Positions 19,385-32,013 of a stretch of DNA of 64,000 nucleotides are shown piece after piece. Each line of letters begins with the position of its first letter. Position 1 is the stretch's first letter. The notes below the pieces were generated by a model, which saw only the letters and a list, made by a program, of their open reading frames with translations, did not search any database and was not told the origin of the DNA. The translations under genes were made by a program, and so were the position numbers. The stretch comes from Rebecca billardiae RCC1528. Taxonomy: Eukaryota > Protista > Haptophyta. The stretch spans positions 930,001-994,000 of the forward strand of contig OZ251237.1 of the NCBI GenBank assembly GCA_965240325.2. The letters run 5' to 3'.

Positions 19385-21532
19385 ATGGAGGTCGAGGCGC
19401 TCGGTGGATGCGTGCGCATTGATCTGCACGGGACGCGCTTCCTCGTCGACGGCGTGCTGACCACGAGCGAGCCGCCCACCCTCTCCGCCGCGGCTGCCGA
19501 TGTGTCCTCTGTCGACGTTGTGCTGCTCTGCCACGCGCGCACGGCGCTCGCGCTGCCGGCCGCACTCGCGCATCCGAGCTTCCGCGGCCGGCTGCTCGCG
19601 ACCGAGCCAGTCGTCGCGACGCTGCGCGCGGCGTGGCACGACGAGCTCCACGCGCACGGCTGCGTGCGGCCCATCGACGAGGCCGCGCTCCGCGCGGAGC
19701 CCGAGGTCGACTCGGCAGCTCGGCGCTCGGAGATTTCCGCGTGCCTCGCGCGCCTGACGACCGTCGTCTACGGCCAAGTGGTCGAGGTGGGCGCGACGAG
19801 CGTGTGCGCGTACAGCGCGGGCGCCACGCTCGGCGCGGCCAACTGGGTGCTCCACGCGCGCGGCGATTACCGCGTCGCCCTGCTCGGCTCAGTCACTGAC
19901 CTCGGGGGCCTTCCGCGAGTGCACGCGCTGTCCTCGCAGCCGGGTGCGCTCGCCGCCGCCGACGTGCTCGTCCTCCCGATCGTGCTCTCGGACCAGAGCG
20001 CGCACGGCTCGGCGCTCAAGCGGATGGCCGCGCTGGTCTCGGCCGCCCTGGACGACAGCGCCGGCGCGGGCGACGGCCAAGGCAGTGCTGCAGAATCTGG
20101 CGGCGGCACCGCGCCGCGCCCACCGCACGCGGGAGCGCCCCCGCAGCAGCCACGGGCGCTGCGCTGCGCTTGCGCCGGCGAGCCGAGAGCGCCGGGCGGC
20201 TCCGACGTGCTGGTCACCCTCTCGCTCGAGGACGGCGCCCTGGTGGACGCGGTCGAGGTGCTTGACGCGGTGCTGCGCGCCCGCGCGGGCCGCGGCCAGC
20301 GCGCGCCTCCGCTCGTGCTCGTCTCTTCGGGGGCGAGCGCGGCGCTTGCTTTCGCGCAGGCGGCGGCGGAGTGGGCGGCGCCCGAGCGGCAGCCGAGAGG
20401 CTTCGCTCCGAGCCCCGTCTTCCCGTTCGCGGAGATGCAGCGGCACGGGCGGCTCCACGTCGTGCGGCACTGGGCTGAGGCCGCAGGCTGGGTGCGCGCC
20501 TCCGCCGCCGAGCTGCCACGGGCTGTCCTGCTGTGCACCGCCGCCATGCTGTCAGCCGCGCCGAGCCAGCCTCGGGCGGATGGGCGCTGGCGTGTGCTCC
20601 CACTCGACGCAGCGAGCGCTCGCGAGGCCGCGCGGACGCTGGGCGCGCGCGGCGGGGCGCTGGTCGAAGGTCTCCCGTGCTTTGCGCACGCGCGTCGGCT
20701 GCGCGCGCGAGACGCGAACGCTCTCGTCAGCCGCACGCTGCGTCCGCACTCGCTGGCCCTGAGCGCGCCGCCGGCGGCGCTGCTCGCCGCGTTGCGACTG
20801 CGCGGCGCGCACGGCGCCGAGAGCGCCGCGGAGGCGCCCGTGGCGCAGGCGAGCGCGCCGCCCGCGCCGCCGCGAGTGCACGTGCTCGGCGGCGCGGGTG
20901 AGCCGCTGAGGCTGCCGGCGCGAGGCGGGTTCTGGCGTGCTCGGCTTGACGGCGCCGTGGCAGCGGCCCTCCCCGCGCTGCTCGGGCCGCCCGGCGCGGA
21001 TCTCGGCTGCGTGGGGAGCGTGGCGCCCAGCAGGGGCGCGGGGCACGCCGGGGCGGACGCGGCGTGGGCCTGCGTCCCAGACGCGCGCTTTAGCGTCGCG
21101 CTCGGCGCGAGCGGCGAGCTCACGCTGAGCGCGGCACCTGCGCGCGGGCGCGCGGCGCAGCAGCCAGCGAGAGCCGAGTATTCCGGCGCGCGCTCCGGCC
21201 GCTGCCGCCTCTGGGGGCGGCCTGACCCCGACCGGGTCCTCGACGCGCTGGAAGCCCTGGGCATCCAGGCGCGCGCGTTTGTCGACGCGCCGACGCCGGG
21301 CGCGCGTGGCGCGGGTGCCGCCGAGCCCGCCGAGCCGGAGCCGAGCCGCATCGAGATACGGCTGCTCGGCGAATATGCGGGCGCGGGGGCGGTGCTGCAC
21401 CGGGATTGCACCGAGATTTTCGTCGACGGGCGGCGCGACGGGCTCGCACCGGGGGCGGCACACGTCGCCCTCGAATCGCTGCGCCACGCACTCACGGCCG
21501 GCGGAGGCAGCCTGATCAGCCATCGCTGCTAA
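19385..21532 (+). CDS. INTS9: Integrator complex subunit 9-like (inactive MBL/beta-CASP)
   Basis: DVSSVDVVLL..ALALP...FRGRLLATEPVV and EISACLARLTTVVYGQ...AYSAGATLGAANWVL match INTS9 blocks (DLSTVDVILI..MALP..FTGTVYATEPT; SSGYALGSSNW). There is no HxHxDH metal motif. It is a single 715-aa ORF. Confidence 0.75.
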   Translation: MEVEALGGCVRIDLHGTRFLVDGVLTTSEPPTLSAAAADVSSVDVVLLCHARTALALPAALAHPSFRGRLLATEPVVATLRAAWHDELHAHGCVRPIDEAALRAEPEVDSAARRSEISACLARLTTVVYGQVVEVGATSVCAYSAGATLGAANWVLHARGDYRVALLGSVTDLGGLPRVHALSSQPGALAAADVLVLPIVLSDQSAHGSALKRMAALVSAALDDSAGAGDGQGSAAESGGGTAPRPPHAGAPPQQPRALRCACAGEPRAPGGSDVLVTLSLEDGALVDAVEVLDAVLRARAGRGQRAPPLVLVSSGASAALAFAQAAAEWAAPERQPRGFAPSPVFPFAEMQRHGRLHVVRHWAEAAGWVRASAAELPRAVLLCTAAMLSAAPSQPRADGRWRVLPLDAASAREAARTLGARGGALVEGLPCFAHARRLRARDANALVSRTLRPHSLALSAPPAALLAALRLRGAHGAESAAEAPVAQASAPPAPPRVHVLGGAGEPLRLPARGGFWRARLDGAVAAALPALLGPPGADLGCVGSVAPSRGAGHAGADAAWACVPDARFSVALGASGELTLSAAPARGRAAQQPARAEYSGARSGRCRLWGRPDPDRVLDALEALGIQARAFVDAPTPGARGAGAAEPAEPEPSRIEIRLLGEYAGAGAVLHRDCTEIFVDGRRDGLAPGAAHVALESLRHALTAGGGSLISHRC

Positions 21533-22159
21533 GCAGTCTGAGTCTGGGGGCTGGCAGCCCGCCGGCTGGACTCCCAGGCGGAGCCTAGGCCTAGGGCTGG
21601 ACCTCGGGCACCCTAGTCCCTACTGACTACTCCTACGACTACGACCCGTGCTATCGGAAGTAGCTCACGCCGCGTGTCTCCTCGTCAGCGCATCACGCAC
21701 TCGTCGGATGATCCTCGAAGGCTCGGCAGAGACCGCTGCCAGAGTTAACTCCTGGCCCCGCGGCCCGCCGGAGTGCTAATATTGATGCTGGCATTGCTGG
21801 CTGATGACGATGTCGATGGCATGGCGGCAGTCATCGACATCATGGCATGGCTGATGGCAAGCCTCCGAGTCCGCCAGCCCGAGGCCGTTCTGACGCTGCG
21901 AGTACGGTGCGCCGGCCCGGCCGATCAGAGCGCCCACCGGCGTTCGACCGCAACGGTCCCGTCTGGGCCTGCCTGGACGTCGGCCCGTGCGCACCACAGC
22001 AGCGGCGGCCAGGCGTGAGTCTCCCGAGAGCGGCTGCCCCGTTTGGCTGCGCGCTCGGCCGCACGCCGGCGCGCTCTCGGCAGCCCGCCCGTGCGCCGAG
22101 CGGGTGTACGCCCGCGGCCGAGTACCGTGGCGCACGCGCGTCGGCTCCGGCGCTGCCGC

Positions 22160-22819
22160 TCAGATCGGCAGCTTGACCGGCTTGTTCAGCCCGGCCCGCT
22201 TCGAGTTGTAGTAGTGGTAGAAGAAGTCGCAGTACAGAAGCGTCTGCACCGTGCCGGCAAACCACACGATGCGCTGCACGTAGCCCGGCTCGGTGAAGTA
22301 TCTGTAGATCCAGTTGAGCAGGTAGAAGCCGCGGTACGCGCCGAGCGCGGCCACGTAGTGCGACGTGAGGTTCTCCACCTCGCCCTGCTTTTGCAGCATC
22401 GCGAGCTGTGGCAAGATCGCGACCGCCTCCAAATAAATCGAAAAAGCCCAGATCATCTCAAACAGGCTGCTGTGGTCCTGGTTGATGAGCAGGCCGAGGA
22501 CGGCGCACGGCCCGACGAGGTACTTCCACGGGAACGCGTCCAGGTCGGCGTTGTACGTGCTCGCGTGCGGCTTGCCCCGCATCATCACCACGACCACGCC
22601 CGCCGAGCAGCCGATGAAAAGCACCTTGAGGATCCAGTTGTACAGCGACGAGAAATTCCACGCGAGGTCGAGGTAGCGCGCGACGAAGACGACGAGGTAG
22701 AGCTGCTGCGTCTTGAGCGAGATCCCCGCCACGCTGCGCGCCTTGTACATCTTCCATAGCAGCAGCACGAAGCTGAAGATGTGCGAGAGGTCACCGAGGA
22801 CTCGGAAGAGGTTCATCAT
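22160..22819 (-). CDS. ERD2: ER lumen protein-retaining (KDEL/HDEL) receptor
   Basis: MNLFRVLGDLSH...GISLKTQQLYLVVFVARYLDL...FSIYLEAVAILPQL...YRGFYLLNWIYRY...VQTLLYCDFFY. A GCGCAG acceptor at 22823, just upstream of the ATG, suggests a 5'-UTR intron. Confidence 0.95.
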   Translation of the reverse strand: MMNLFRVLGDLSHIFSFVLLLWKMYKARSVAGISLKTQQLYLVVFVARYLDLAWNFSSLYNWILKVLFIGCSAGVVVVMMRGKPHASTYNADLDAFPWKYLVGPCAVLGLLINQDHSSLFEMIWAFSIYLEAVAILPQLAMLQKQGEVENLTSHYVAALGAYRGFYLLNWIYRYFTEPGYVQRIVWFAGTVQTLLYCDFFYHYYNSKRAGLNKPVKLPI

Positions 22820-23550
22820 CGTCTGCGCGCGCGGCGCGGGTGCGCGGGAGGGAGCAAGGACGCAGAGCGGGGCGGCGTCGGCGGAGGCACGTGCGTGCGC
22901 GTGGGTGCCCGCGTCGCCGCGCCGGCCCGAGCTCGCCTGTGCCGCCCGCGCACGGGAAGTGACGGCGGGGCGCGCACCGCTGCACGACAAGCCCAACGCT
23001 TTCGGCGATGGCGGCGCGACTCGGGTGCGCCTCCGCTGCCACTGATGCAAGCTGAACACGCGAGCGGCGGGCAGGACTCTCAAGTCTCAAACGGCCCCGG
23101 ACTCACCCGGACGAAGCTGACAATGGCGCGCATCCAGTTTTTGCTGGCATCAACTAAGACGGGAAGGCCCGGCCAGCCTGACCAAGGACATTCTGAGCCC
23201 TACCGGGGCCTATGACAGCTTCAGTAACTAGTCCTACGTACGACGGCACTGGTCGGGGCCAGCAGGCGATCACCGCGCGGGCGGTAGTCGCGTTCATCAG
23301 TGAGCTCGACAGTGAACGGGGCGACGACTTCACGCTTGAAGTAGTATTAGTCGGAAGACTCGGAAGCGGCCGCGAGTTTCAGGCCACGGCGGCAGCTGGC
23401 AGCCAGACGTGAGACGACACACTTTCAGTGTGACAGTGCGAGTGTCCGAGTCAGACACGGCTGTGCGGCGGCGGCCGGCGCGGGCCGACCTGACTGGCAC
23501 CCGGACCGCGAGGCCCAGTAGACGTACGTACCCGACTGAGTCTACTGTCC

Positions 23551-26142
23551 CTACGCGTCGCTCGACTCGGATGGCTGGTTCGAGTCGTTGCGCGGCAGCT
23601 GCGCGTTGGCGACGCCCTCGCCGCTCGTGTCCGCGTCGATGTCCACGCAGTTGGAGATGGCGTAGAGCAGCTTCTGGTGGCACACGCGCGCGGACGAGTA
23701 GCGCGGCAGCTCGACGCTGAAGAAGCACGTGTGCGCGACCGGCAGCCTCGAGTCCGGGCGCGGCGACTCCATCGTGTGGATGCGCATCCATTGGTCCTTC
23801 CACGCGGCGCGGCTCGACGGCAGCCGCGAGCGGCCCCAGACAAAGCGGAGGAACGCCGCGCGCTCCTCGGGCGCGAACGCGTGCATCGCCTGCCAGAAGA
23901 AGCGCACGTGCGGCTCGTGCGCGCCCACGCCCTCGCCGTACTTGGTGCGCGCGCGGAGCGCGTCGACGGAGACGTCCGCCGAGCCGCACGCCATGCGCTC
24001 GAGCTCGGGCGCCGCCCAGAGCGCGATGGCGCGCGGCGGCACGCACTGCAGCAGCCCCGCGCGCATCGCGGCGAGCTGCGGCGCGCTCTCGGCCGCGCGC
24101 ACGCGCGCCACGAGCTGCGCGTAGCCGCGCAGGTGTGCCACGCGCACGCGCACGCGCCGAGCGCCTGGCCAGAGCTCCACCTAAAGAGCGGGCGCGGGCG
24201 GCGCGCGCGGGCGGGGGCGCGCCGAGCAGGGCGGCGGCGGCGGGGCGGCGGGCGGGGCGCGGCGGGTGTGAGGCATGGGCGCCGGAGCCGCGGCGAGGGC
24301 GTGCCCGGTGTCGGGTGCGGGCGCGTGCACACAGCCCGCACGGCCGAGCCCGCCGCCTCCGCCAGCGCGGCTGACTGGCGCCGCGTGGCGTGCGTGCCCC
24401 GCGCGCGGGCCGCGCGCGCCCGCGGCCCGCTGCTCCAGACAGGCCCGCTGCCCGGCGCGCGCGAGCGCTGTGCCCGCGCACACACGCTCGCACGCGCGCG
24501 CGGCCCCACGCGCAGCCGCCCCCGCGCACGCACGCACGCACGCGTAGCCCCGCGCACACACCTGCTCGCCGCTTGAGAGCGCCGCGGTGAAGCCGTCGAC
24601 GACCAGCATCTCCTCGAGCTCGTCGTCGCCCATCCCGCCGCCGAACGCGGGGTCGGCGAGCAGCGCCAGCGAGTGGAGCGAGTCGGAGAGCTGCACGTCA
24701 GACTCGCGGAGGCCGAGCTCGAGCGCGCTGGGCTCGGGCTGCGAGCGCGGCGGCGGCGGCGGCGCGGCCGCGCATCACGCGGGCGTGGCGCGAGGGGCGC
24801 GGCGAGATCGCGCGAGATCGCGCGAGATCGCGGGAGATCGCCCGGAGTGAACGGCGGGAGCGCGGGTCGGACCGACGCGGGGCGGCGGGCGTGCACGCGG
24901 GGGGCAGGGCGAAGGGCGCGGTGAGAGCGCAGCAAGCCGCCTGCCCAGCGACTGGCGACGCGACGCGCGCGCTCGGCGGCAGCGGCGGCAGCGGCGGCAG
25001 CGGCGGCAGCGGCGGCAGCGGCGGCAGCACTGGGCGCGCGCGCGCATACGCACACGCGCACGCGCACCGCACGCGCACGCACCTGCACTCCGCCGTGCAG
25101 CGCGCGCCACACGGCGGGCGCGAGCTGCAGGTCGATCAGTGGCTCGTCGTGCCGCAGCGCGGTGCCGATCAGCATGCCCAGGAACTCGAAGAGCCTCAGC
25201 TCGCGCGCCGAGCACGCCTCCGGCCGGGGCAACCAGCAGTCGCGGTGCGCGCCCACGCCTGAGAGGGCGTTGGGTGTCGGGCAGAGCAGCGGCGCCGCGC
25301 CGCCAGACACGTCGACGCACGCCTCGGCGATCGCCTCGCGGAACGGCCCGCCCAGGTCGTCCGACGCCTCGCCCGCCAGCCGCACGCGGAACGGGCGCGT
25401 GCGCTGGCGCAGCGAGTGACCAAGCTCACCCACCAGCTGCGACCCCAGCTGAGACAACACAGAGGCGCGCGCGGCCGCGGCGGGGTCCTCGGCGGCGCGC
25501 TCGCGCGCCTGCGCCGCGCGCGCGCGGTCGAGCGTCGCCGCGGGCGTGTGCGCGCCGCCGAGCTGCGTGCTCGCGATCACCTGCTGCCACAGCCGCTCCC
25601 GGCAGTGCCGCGGGATCAGCCGCACGAGCGAGCTCAGCTGCGCGCCGAGCGTCCAGCCGTGGCCGTGGCTGTTGCCCGACCACACGAACGGCGCCGCCTC
25701 GACGAGGGCGTCGGCGAAGGCGAGGAGAAGCGCGGCGCGCGCGCGCACGGGCGCGGACTCGCGCAGGCCGGCGCGCTGCGCGAGCGAGCCCAGGTGCAGG
25801 CGCGCCAGCACCTTGGCCGTCGGCAGGCGCTGCGCGGCGGCGGCGGCGGCGGCAGCGGTGCCAGCGGGTGGGGCGGCGGGGCGCGCGTGTGTGCACGCGG
25901 GAAGCGCCAAGGTTGGCGCGTGCGCGCGCGTCAGCCTGCGCGCGCGCGCGCGGCGGTGGTCTGCTCTGCGCACAGACCGCGCGCGCGCACAGCTCGGCAC
26001 ACACACACATACACGCGCGCGCGCCAGCGCGCACCACTAGCGACGGGTGTCGCTCGCACTGGCCGTCCACGGACGCGACGAGTGACGCGTCGTCCTCGCT
26101 CGACCAGTGCGGCGTGGGGAGCGCGGACGGGTCGATGGCCGC

Positions 26143-26174
<32 letters not shown>

Positions 26175-29100
26175 CGGGCTCCTCGCCGCGCGCCATCGCG
26201 CGCTCGGTCGCCACCGCCCGGACGAGCTCCCGGACCCGAGATGCCATCTCGGCGGGCAGCGTGGGCGGCCGTGCCAGCATGGCCGCCGACGCCTGCTGCG
26301 CCGCCGCCGAGTTGACGGCCGCGCCGGCGTCGCGCGGCGGGCCATCCTCGCTCTCGGCGGCGGCGGCCTGCGCCGCGCGCGACGACGCCGCCTGCGGGCT
26401 GTTGCTGCCCAGAGCGGCCGCCACGTCGGCCAGCCGCTGCGCTGCCAGCAGCCAGCGCGGCGCGCTCGGCGCGGCGGGCGCGCGCGCGCGCGCGGACGCG
26501 GCGCGAGGCTCGCGCGTGGGCGGAGCGGGTCGCGGCGGCGGCGGCGGCGGCTGCGGCTCACGCGGGCCGCCCTCGGCCTCGGCGGCGGCGCCCGCCGCGG
26601 CGGTTGCGCCCGCGCCGGGCGGCGGCGCGGCGGCGGCAGTGGCGGTGGTGCTGGCCGCCGACGGCGGCGGTGGCCCTGCCGTCACCTCCGCAGCACCCGC
26701 CGCCACCGCCGCCGCCGCCGCAGGCGCAGCCGCCGCCGCCGCCGCCGCCGCCGCTGCAGCCGCGGCCGAGTGGGCAACGCCAGCGCCGCTGGCAGGGGCG
26801 GCGGCGGCGGCGGCCGACGCGGCGAGAGCCGACGGCTGCTGCTGCGCATCTGCGGGCGCGGGCGCAGCCCAGACCTCGCCCGCCGCGCCCGCCGGCGCGT
26901 CTGCTGATCCTCCGGCCGCACCGGCGGTGCCGGCCTCGGGCGCGCCGGCGGCGCGCGCCGCCGCCGCCGGCGCACCGCCGTCGCTTGGGTCGCCGTCGGC
27001 AGCGTTGCTGCCGCGGGCGTCTTCCAGGGCGGCGTTGAACTCGGCGGCGCCCCGGATGGCGGCGGCGGCGGCGGGCGCGCTCTCAGCGGCAGCCGCGCTC
27101 GCCGCCGCGGACGCCGCCGTCAACTCCGCAGCAGCACCTGTTGCCGCCGCCGCCGCCGCGCTCGCCGCCGCCGTCGGTTGCGCCGCTGCGGCCGGCGCCG
27201 CCTGTGCAGGCGCCGCGGCCGCGGCCACGGTCGCGGCGGGGGCGTCCGCGGGCGCCGCGCCAGACGGCGCAGCGCCCTGCTCTTTCCGCGCGTCCGCCGC
27301 CGCGGGCGCGGCCGCGGGCGGCCGCCAGTGCCGCGCGAGCAGGCTCGTCGCCGCGGCCACGGGCCGGGGCAGCAGCTGCGGCGGCGCGCGCGCGTCCACG
27401 AGCGCGATCTCCCACGTGACGAGATCGGCGAGATCGCGGATCGCGCCGTCCGGCAGCGCGGCGGCGCGGGCGCTCGGCGGCAGCGCGAGCAGAAGCCGCT
27501 CAGCCAGGCCCGCCGCGCGCTCGCGCAGACGCCCCGGGAGCGCCGCGCTGCACGCGCAGTCGACGAGGGCGGCGGTGAGCGCGCACACGCTGGCAGGAGG
27601 CGGCGCCGCCGCGGCGTCGGCGTCGGCGGCGTCGGCGGGCACGGGCCGCGCCGCGCGCGCCGCGCACTCCGCCACGGCCCACGCCATGGCCGGCAGCAGG
27701 AGCGCCGGCGCCGCCGGCGCCGGCGCCGTCGTCGGCTCCGCGGCCGGCGCGGCGGCGGCCGGCGCCGCGTCGGTTGCTTCCCAGTCAAGGGCGACCGCGA
27801 CGATGGCTGCGCCCCACGCGCCGCTGCCGCCGCCCGAGTAGCCGACCCAGATCGCATCTCCCGGCACGTGCACGCGCGCGCTCGTCTGCAGCGCGCTCGG
27901 GCCGCCGAGCCGCGCGAGCGGCGCGCTCGCGCCCTCGTCTGCGCTCAGCAACAGCGAGCCTCGCTCACCCAGGTCCGTCCGCCCGTCGACAAACAACTCG
28001 AGCGCGCACGCGCCGCGCACGCGCAGCGGGCGTGCGCTCTCGGGCTCGTTGCTCAGCGGGTGGCGCGTGTGCCGCGTACTCGCCGTGCGCGCGAGCTCGC
28101 GCAGGCTGGCGGCCGCGGACGTGCACGCCGCGTCGCCCAGCGCAGACTGCACGCGCGCCGCCGCGTCCGCCGCCGCGTCAGGCGCGGCACCCGGCGCCGC
28201 GCCCGCGCGCGCAAGCAGCGCGCGCACGCCGTCGAGCAGCACGCTGGCCACTGCCTCGAACGCGCCCGCCTCGGCCACGCTCGGATCCTCAAGCGGCGCC
28301 TCGGCGGGCGGGACGTGCAGGCGGTGCGCCGCGCGGCGCTCCGCCTCGATTGCCTCGGCGGCGCGCGCGGCGGGCGGCGCGAGCGGCGGAGGCGCGGGCT
28401 GCGCGCCGCCAACGCCGTCCAGCGACGCGTGGTAGGCCGCGGCCCACGCGGCGGGCGGCGGCGACGGGCTGAGCTGCGGCAGAAGAGCGGGCGCGCACGC
28501 GGCGAGCGCGGCCGCGGGCAGCGCGCGCAGCGCGAGCGCGCGGCGCACGCCCGCGGGCCGCGCGCCGTCCCGCCACACGTGGGCTCCAATCGCTGCCCAG
28601 GCGATGTCGCTCGTGCCTTCTTCCGCCGCCGCCGCCGCCTCCGCGCCGGCCTCGCCCTCGCCGCCGGCGCGCCCGGCCGGCGCGCCGGCGCCCTCGGCCG
28701 TGAGCACCCGGATCGCCGCGTGGCGGAGGAGCTCGTCGCACAGCTGAGCACGCAGCCTCGCACAGAGCGCGCGCACGCTCGCACACGATGGCTCCAGCTC
28801 ACCGGCGGAGCGCGGCGGCGCGGCGGAGACGTCGGCGTGCGCCGCCGCCAACTCGCACAGGACCGCGCGCGGCAGGGCGGCGGCGAGCTCGGCGGCGGCG
28901 TCCGCGGCCGTTGCGGCCGTGAGCAGCGCGCGCGCCGGCGCGCCCGAGTCCAAGTCCGCGCCGGCGCCGATGCGCGCGTGCGGCGCTACGGCAACGCCGT
29001 CCAGCGCGCCGCCGCCAATGGCGGCCGCGCCGGGAGATTGAATCTGGGCGCTGCTGTGGGTACCGGCCGTGAGCCAGACGTCTGCGGCGAGCGGCAGCGC

Positions 29101-29593
29101 GTGCGCTCCCAGCGGGACGAGGTCCATCCCGCCGGCGGCCACCACCGCCGCCGCGCCGCGCGCCGCCGCGCCGCCGCCGAGCCCGAGCGCGCGCACCCGC
29201 AGCACGTGCGGCGCGGCCTCCGAGCCGTCCGCCCAGCTGAAGGGTGCATCGGCCGCACCGCCGACGCTGGCGCGGCCCGCGCGCTCCGCCGCCGCGCCGT
29301 CGCGCGGCGTGAACGGCGGCGACGCGGCGCCGACGAACGAGCCGCCCGCCGCGCCGCCCGCCGCGCCGCCGCGCGCCGCCAGCGTCGGCTGCCAGAATGC
29401 AACCACCATCGCCTCGTCCGTCTCGTCGCGGTGGTCAGCCGCCGAGCGCGGGCGCACGACCGTGTGCGAGCCGCCTGCGCCAAAGTCGTCGAGGACGCCG
29501 GCGCCGGACTCGGCGGACGCGGCGCTGCCGCCGCTACCGGCACCGCCGCCCACGGCCGCGCGGCCCGCGCCGCGCCCGCCACCGCCGCCACCT

Positions 29594-29636
<43 letters not shown>

Positions 29637-29642
29637 CGCCGT

Positions 29643-29688
<46 letters not shown>

Positions 29689-30240
29689 CGAGCCGGCACC
29701 GCCGGTGCCATGCCGCGCGCCAGTCTCGAGCTCGGTCGCCGCCATGTCCGCCTCGAGCACGGCGATCTCCTCCGGGTCCGCGGCGAGCAGCCACGCCGCG
29801 GCTATGTTCCCGTCGCCGCCCGCGCGCCGGAGCGCGTGCCTACACAGCCGGGCTGAGAAGCCGAGTGCGGCGGCGAGCTCGTGCGCAGTGGCCCACGAGG
29901 GCGAGCGGCGCACGGCCGCGGTGGGCGAGGCGAGCGTCGAGCCGTGGTGCTGGTGCGCGCCGCCCGCGCCGCCGCGCGCCGCCGCCGCGTACGTCGGCGT
30001 GCGCGGCGACGCGCCGGGCCCGCCGCCAGCGCCGCTGCCCTCGCCGCCCTCGCCGCCGCCGCCCGCGCCGCCGCCGCCCTCGCCGTCAGGCCGCGAGTAG
30101 AGCTCACCTTCTGCGAGCGCCTCCGCCGCGGCCTCGAAGCTGGGCGAGGCCCAGAGCGCGCGCTCGCACAGCTCCTCGTCGAAGCCGAGCTGGCAGAGCA
30201 TCGCCACCGCGTCGGCGAACGGGCTCCGCGACCCCTCGCT

Positions 30241-30271
<31 letters not shown>

Positions 30272-31981
30272 CGCGCGAGCGCCAGCGCTCCTACCCGCCC
30301 TGCCCAGCCTCCGTCGAGCGCAACCTCGAGGCTGTGGAGCGTGCGCTCGGTGCTCGCGATGCCAATCTCGGCGACGACGCGCGCCGGGCGCGGCCGCGCC
30401 GCGGCGCCGAGCAGCTGCTCGAGCGCCGCCGCGCCGCGCCGCGCCGCCTCCGACGCGCCGGGCGCGCGCGCGCCGCCCAGCGCCGCCGGCGGCGGCTGTG
30501 TACCAAGCAGCGCGCGCAGCGCGCGCGCGGCGGCGAAGCGCAGGGCGGGCGCTTGGGCGGCGAGGCCGTCGCCCGCGCCGAGCGCCGTGAGCCGCACGAG
30601 CGCGTGCAGGTACACGGCCGCGGGCAGCGGCGCGAGCGCGCGGGACCCGATCGCTTGCGCCGACGGCGGCGGCCGGCGCGCCGCAGGCGCGAGGCACGTG
30701 GTTGGCACGCGCGCGGCGCGCGCTGGCCGCGGCAGCGGCGCCGCCAGCGCCGTGCACAGGTCGGCGTCGGCCCACTCGACGCGGTGCGCGTCGGTCGCGG
30801 GCAGCACGGGCAGCAGCAGCGGCGGCACGCTCGCGCGCGCCACCACCGCCTCGACCACGCCCAGGCTCGCGGGCAGCAGCACCCGCGCGCCGAGCCGCGC
30901 GCCCTCCGCCTCGCCGCCAAGGACTACGGCAGCGCCGACACTCTCCGCCAGTAGTGCGCCGTCGAGCGCGGCGCGCAGCGCGGCGGCCATGGGCGTGTGC
31001 CAGCCTGCGTCGTCGAGTAGCGCGCGCGCCATCGCCACGCCCTCGCTCAGCGCCACGCGCCGCGCGTGCCGCTCGGCGCCGCGCGAGTACACCGCGCCGG
31101 GCGCGGCGCGCAGCGCGCGCAGCGCGGCGCAGAATGGCGGCGCGCCGCCGCCGCCGCCGCCGCCGGCACTGGCGGCGGCGGTGGCGGCGTCAAGGGCAGG
31201 CGCGGCGTGCGCGCGGCGCGCGGCGCTGCCGGCCGCTCCGCCGGGTGCGCCGCCGCGCTGCGCGAGCGCGCCGAGCGCGCCGAGCAGCGCGCGGCACACG
31301 TGCTCGCCGCCGCCGCCGCTGTCGGCCGCGGCCGCGCCACTGCCCGCAGCGCGCGCGGGCGCGTGCGCCGCAGCGGACTCGGCGGCGGCGGACGCGGCGC
31401 GCGCGCGCGCGCTCGCGGCGAGGAGCAGCGAGCGAAGCAGCCGCAGCGCGCGGAGCACGCAGCGCGCCGAGCCGACGCTCGCCGCGCGCACGAGCAGGCT
31501 CGCCAGCGCGGCGGGCGCGAGCACGCCGCCGCTCAGCCCCTCCTCCGCATCGGCTGCGGCCGCGCCGCGACGCTCGGCCGGACTCGGCGGCGCTCGCGCG
31601 CGCTCGGGAGCGCGCGCCGCCGCGCCGCCGGCGCCGCCGTCGAAGAGCGCGAGTGAGAGCGGCGCGGCGCCGCGCGCGGCGGCGGCGTCGAGCAGCGCGG
31701 AAGCGCCGTCCCCGCCGCCGCCGTCCGCGCCGCCGTCCGCGCACGCCGCGTCGAGCTGGGCGAGGCAGCCGAGCAGACAAGCAACCTGCGACTCCGCATG
31801 CACGCCGCCCGCGGCAATCGCCATCGCCTCCGCCTCCTCCGCCGCGCGCAGCTCGGCCTCGGCGGAGCCCTCGCTCCGCGCGTCGTCGTCGTACTCGGCG
31901 GAGTCATCGGCGGAGCCGCCGCCGCGCCCCGCTGCCGCCGCCGCCGCCGCCGCCTTCGAGTTGGAATCGACGCCAGCCGAC

Positions 31982-32013
<32 letters not shown>

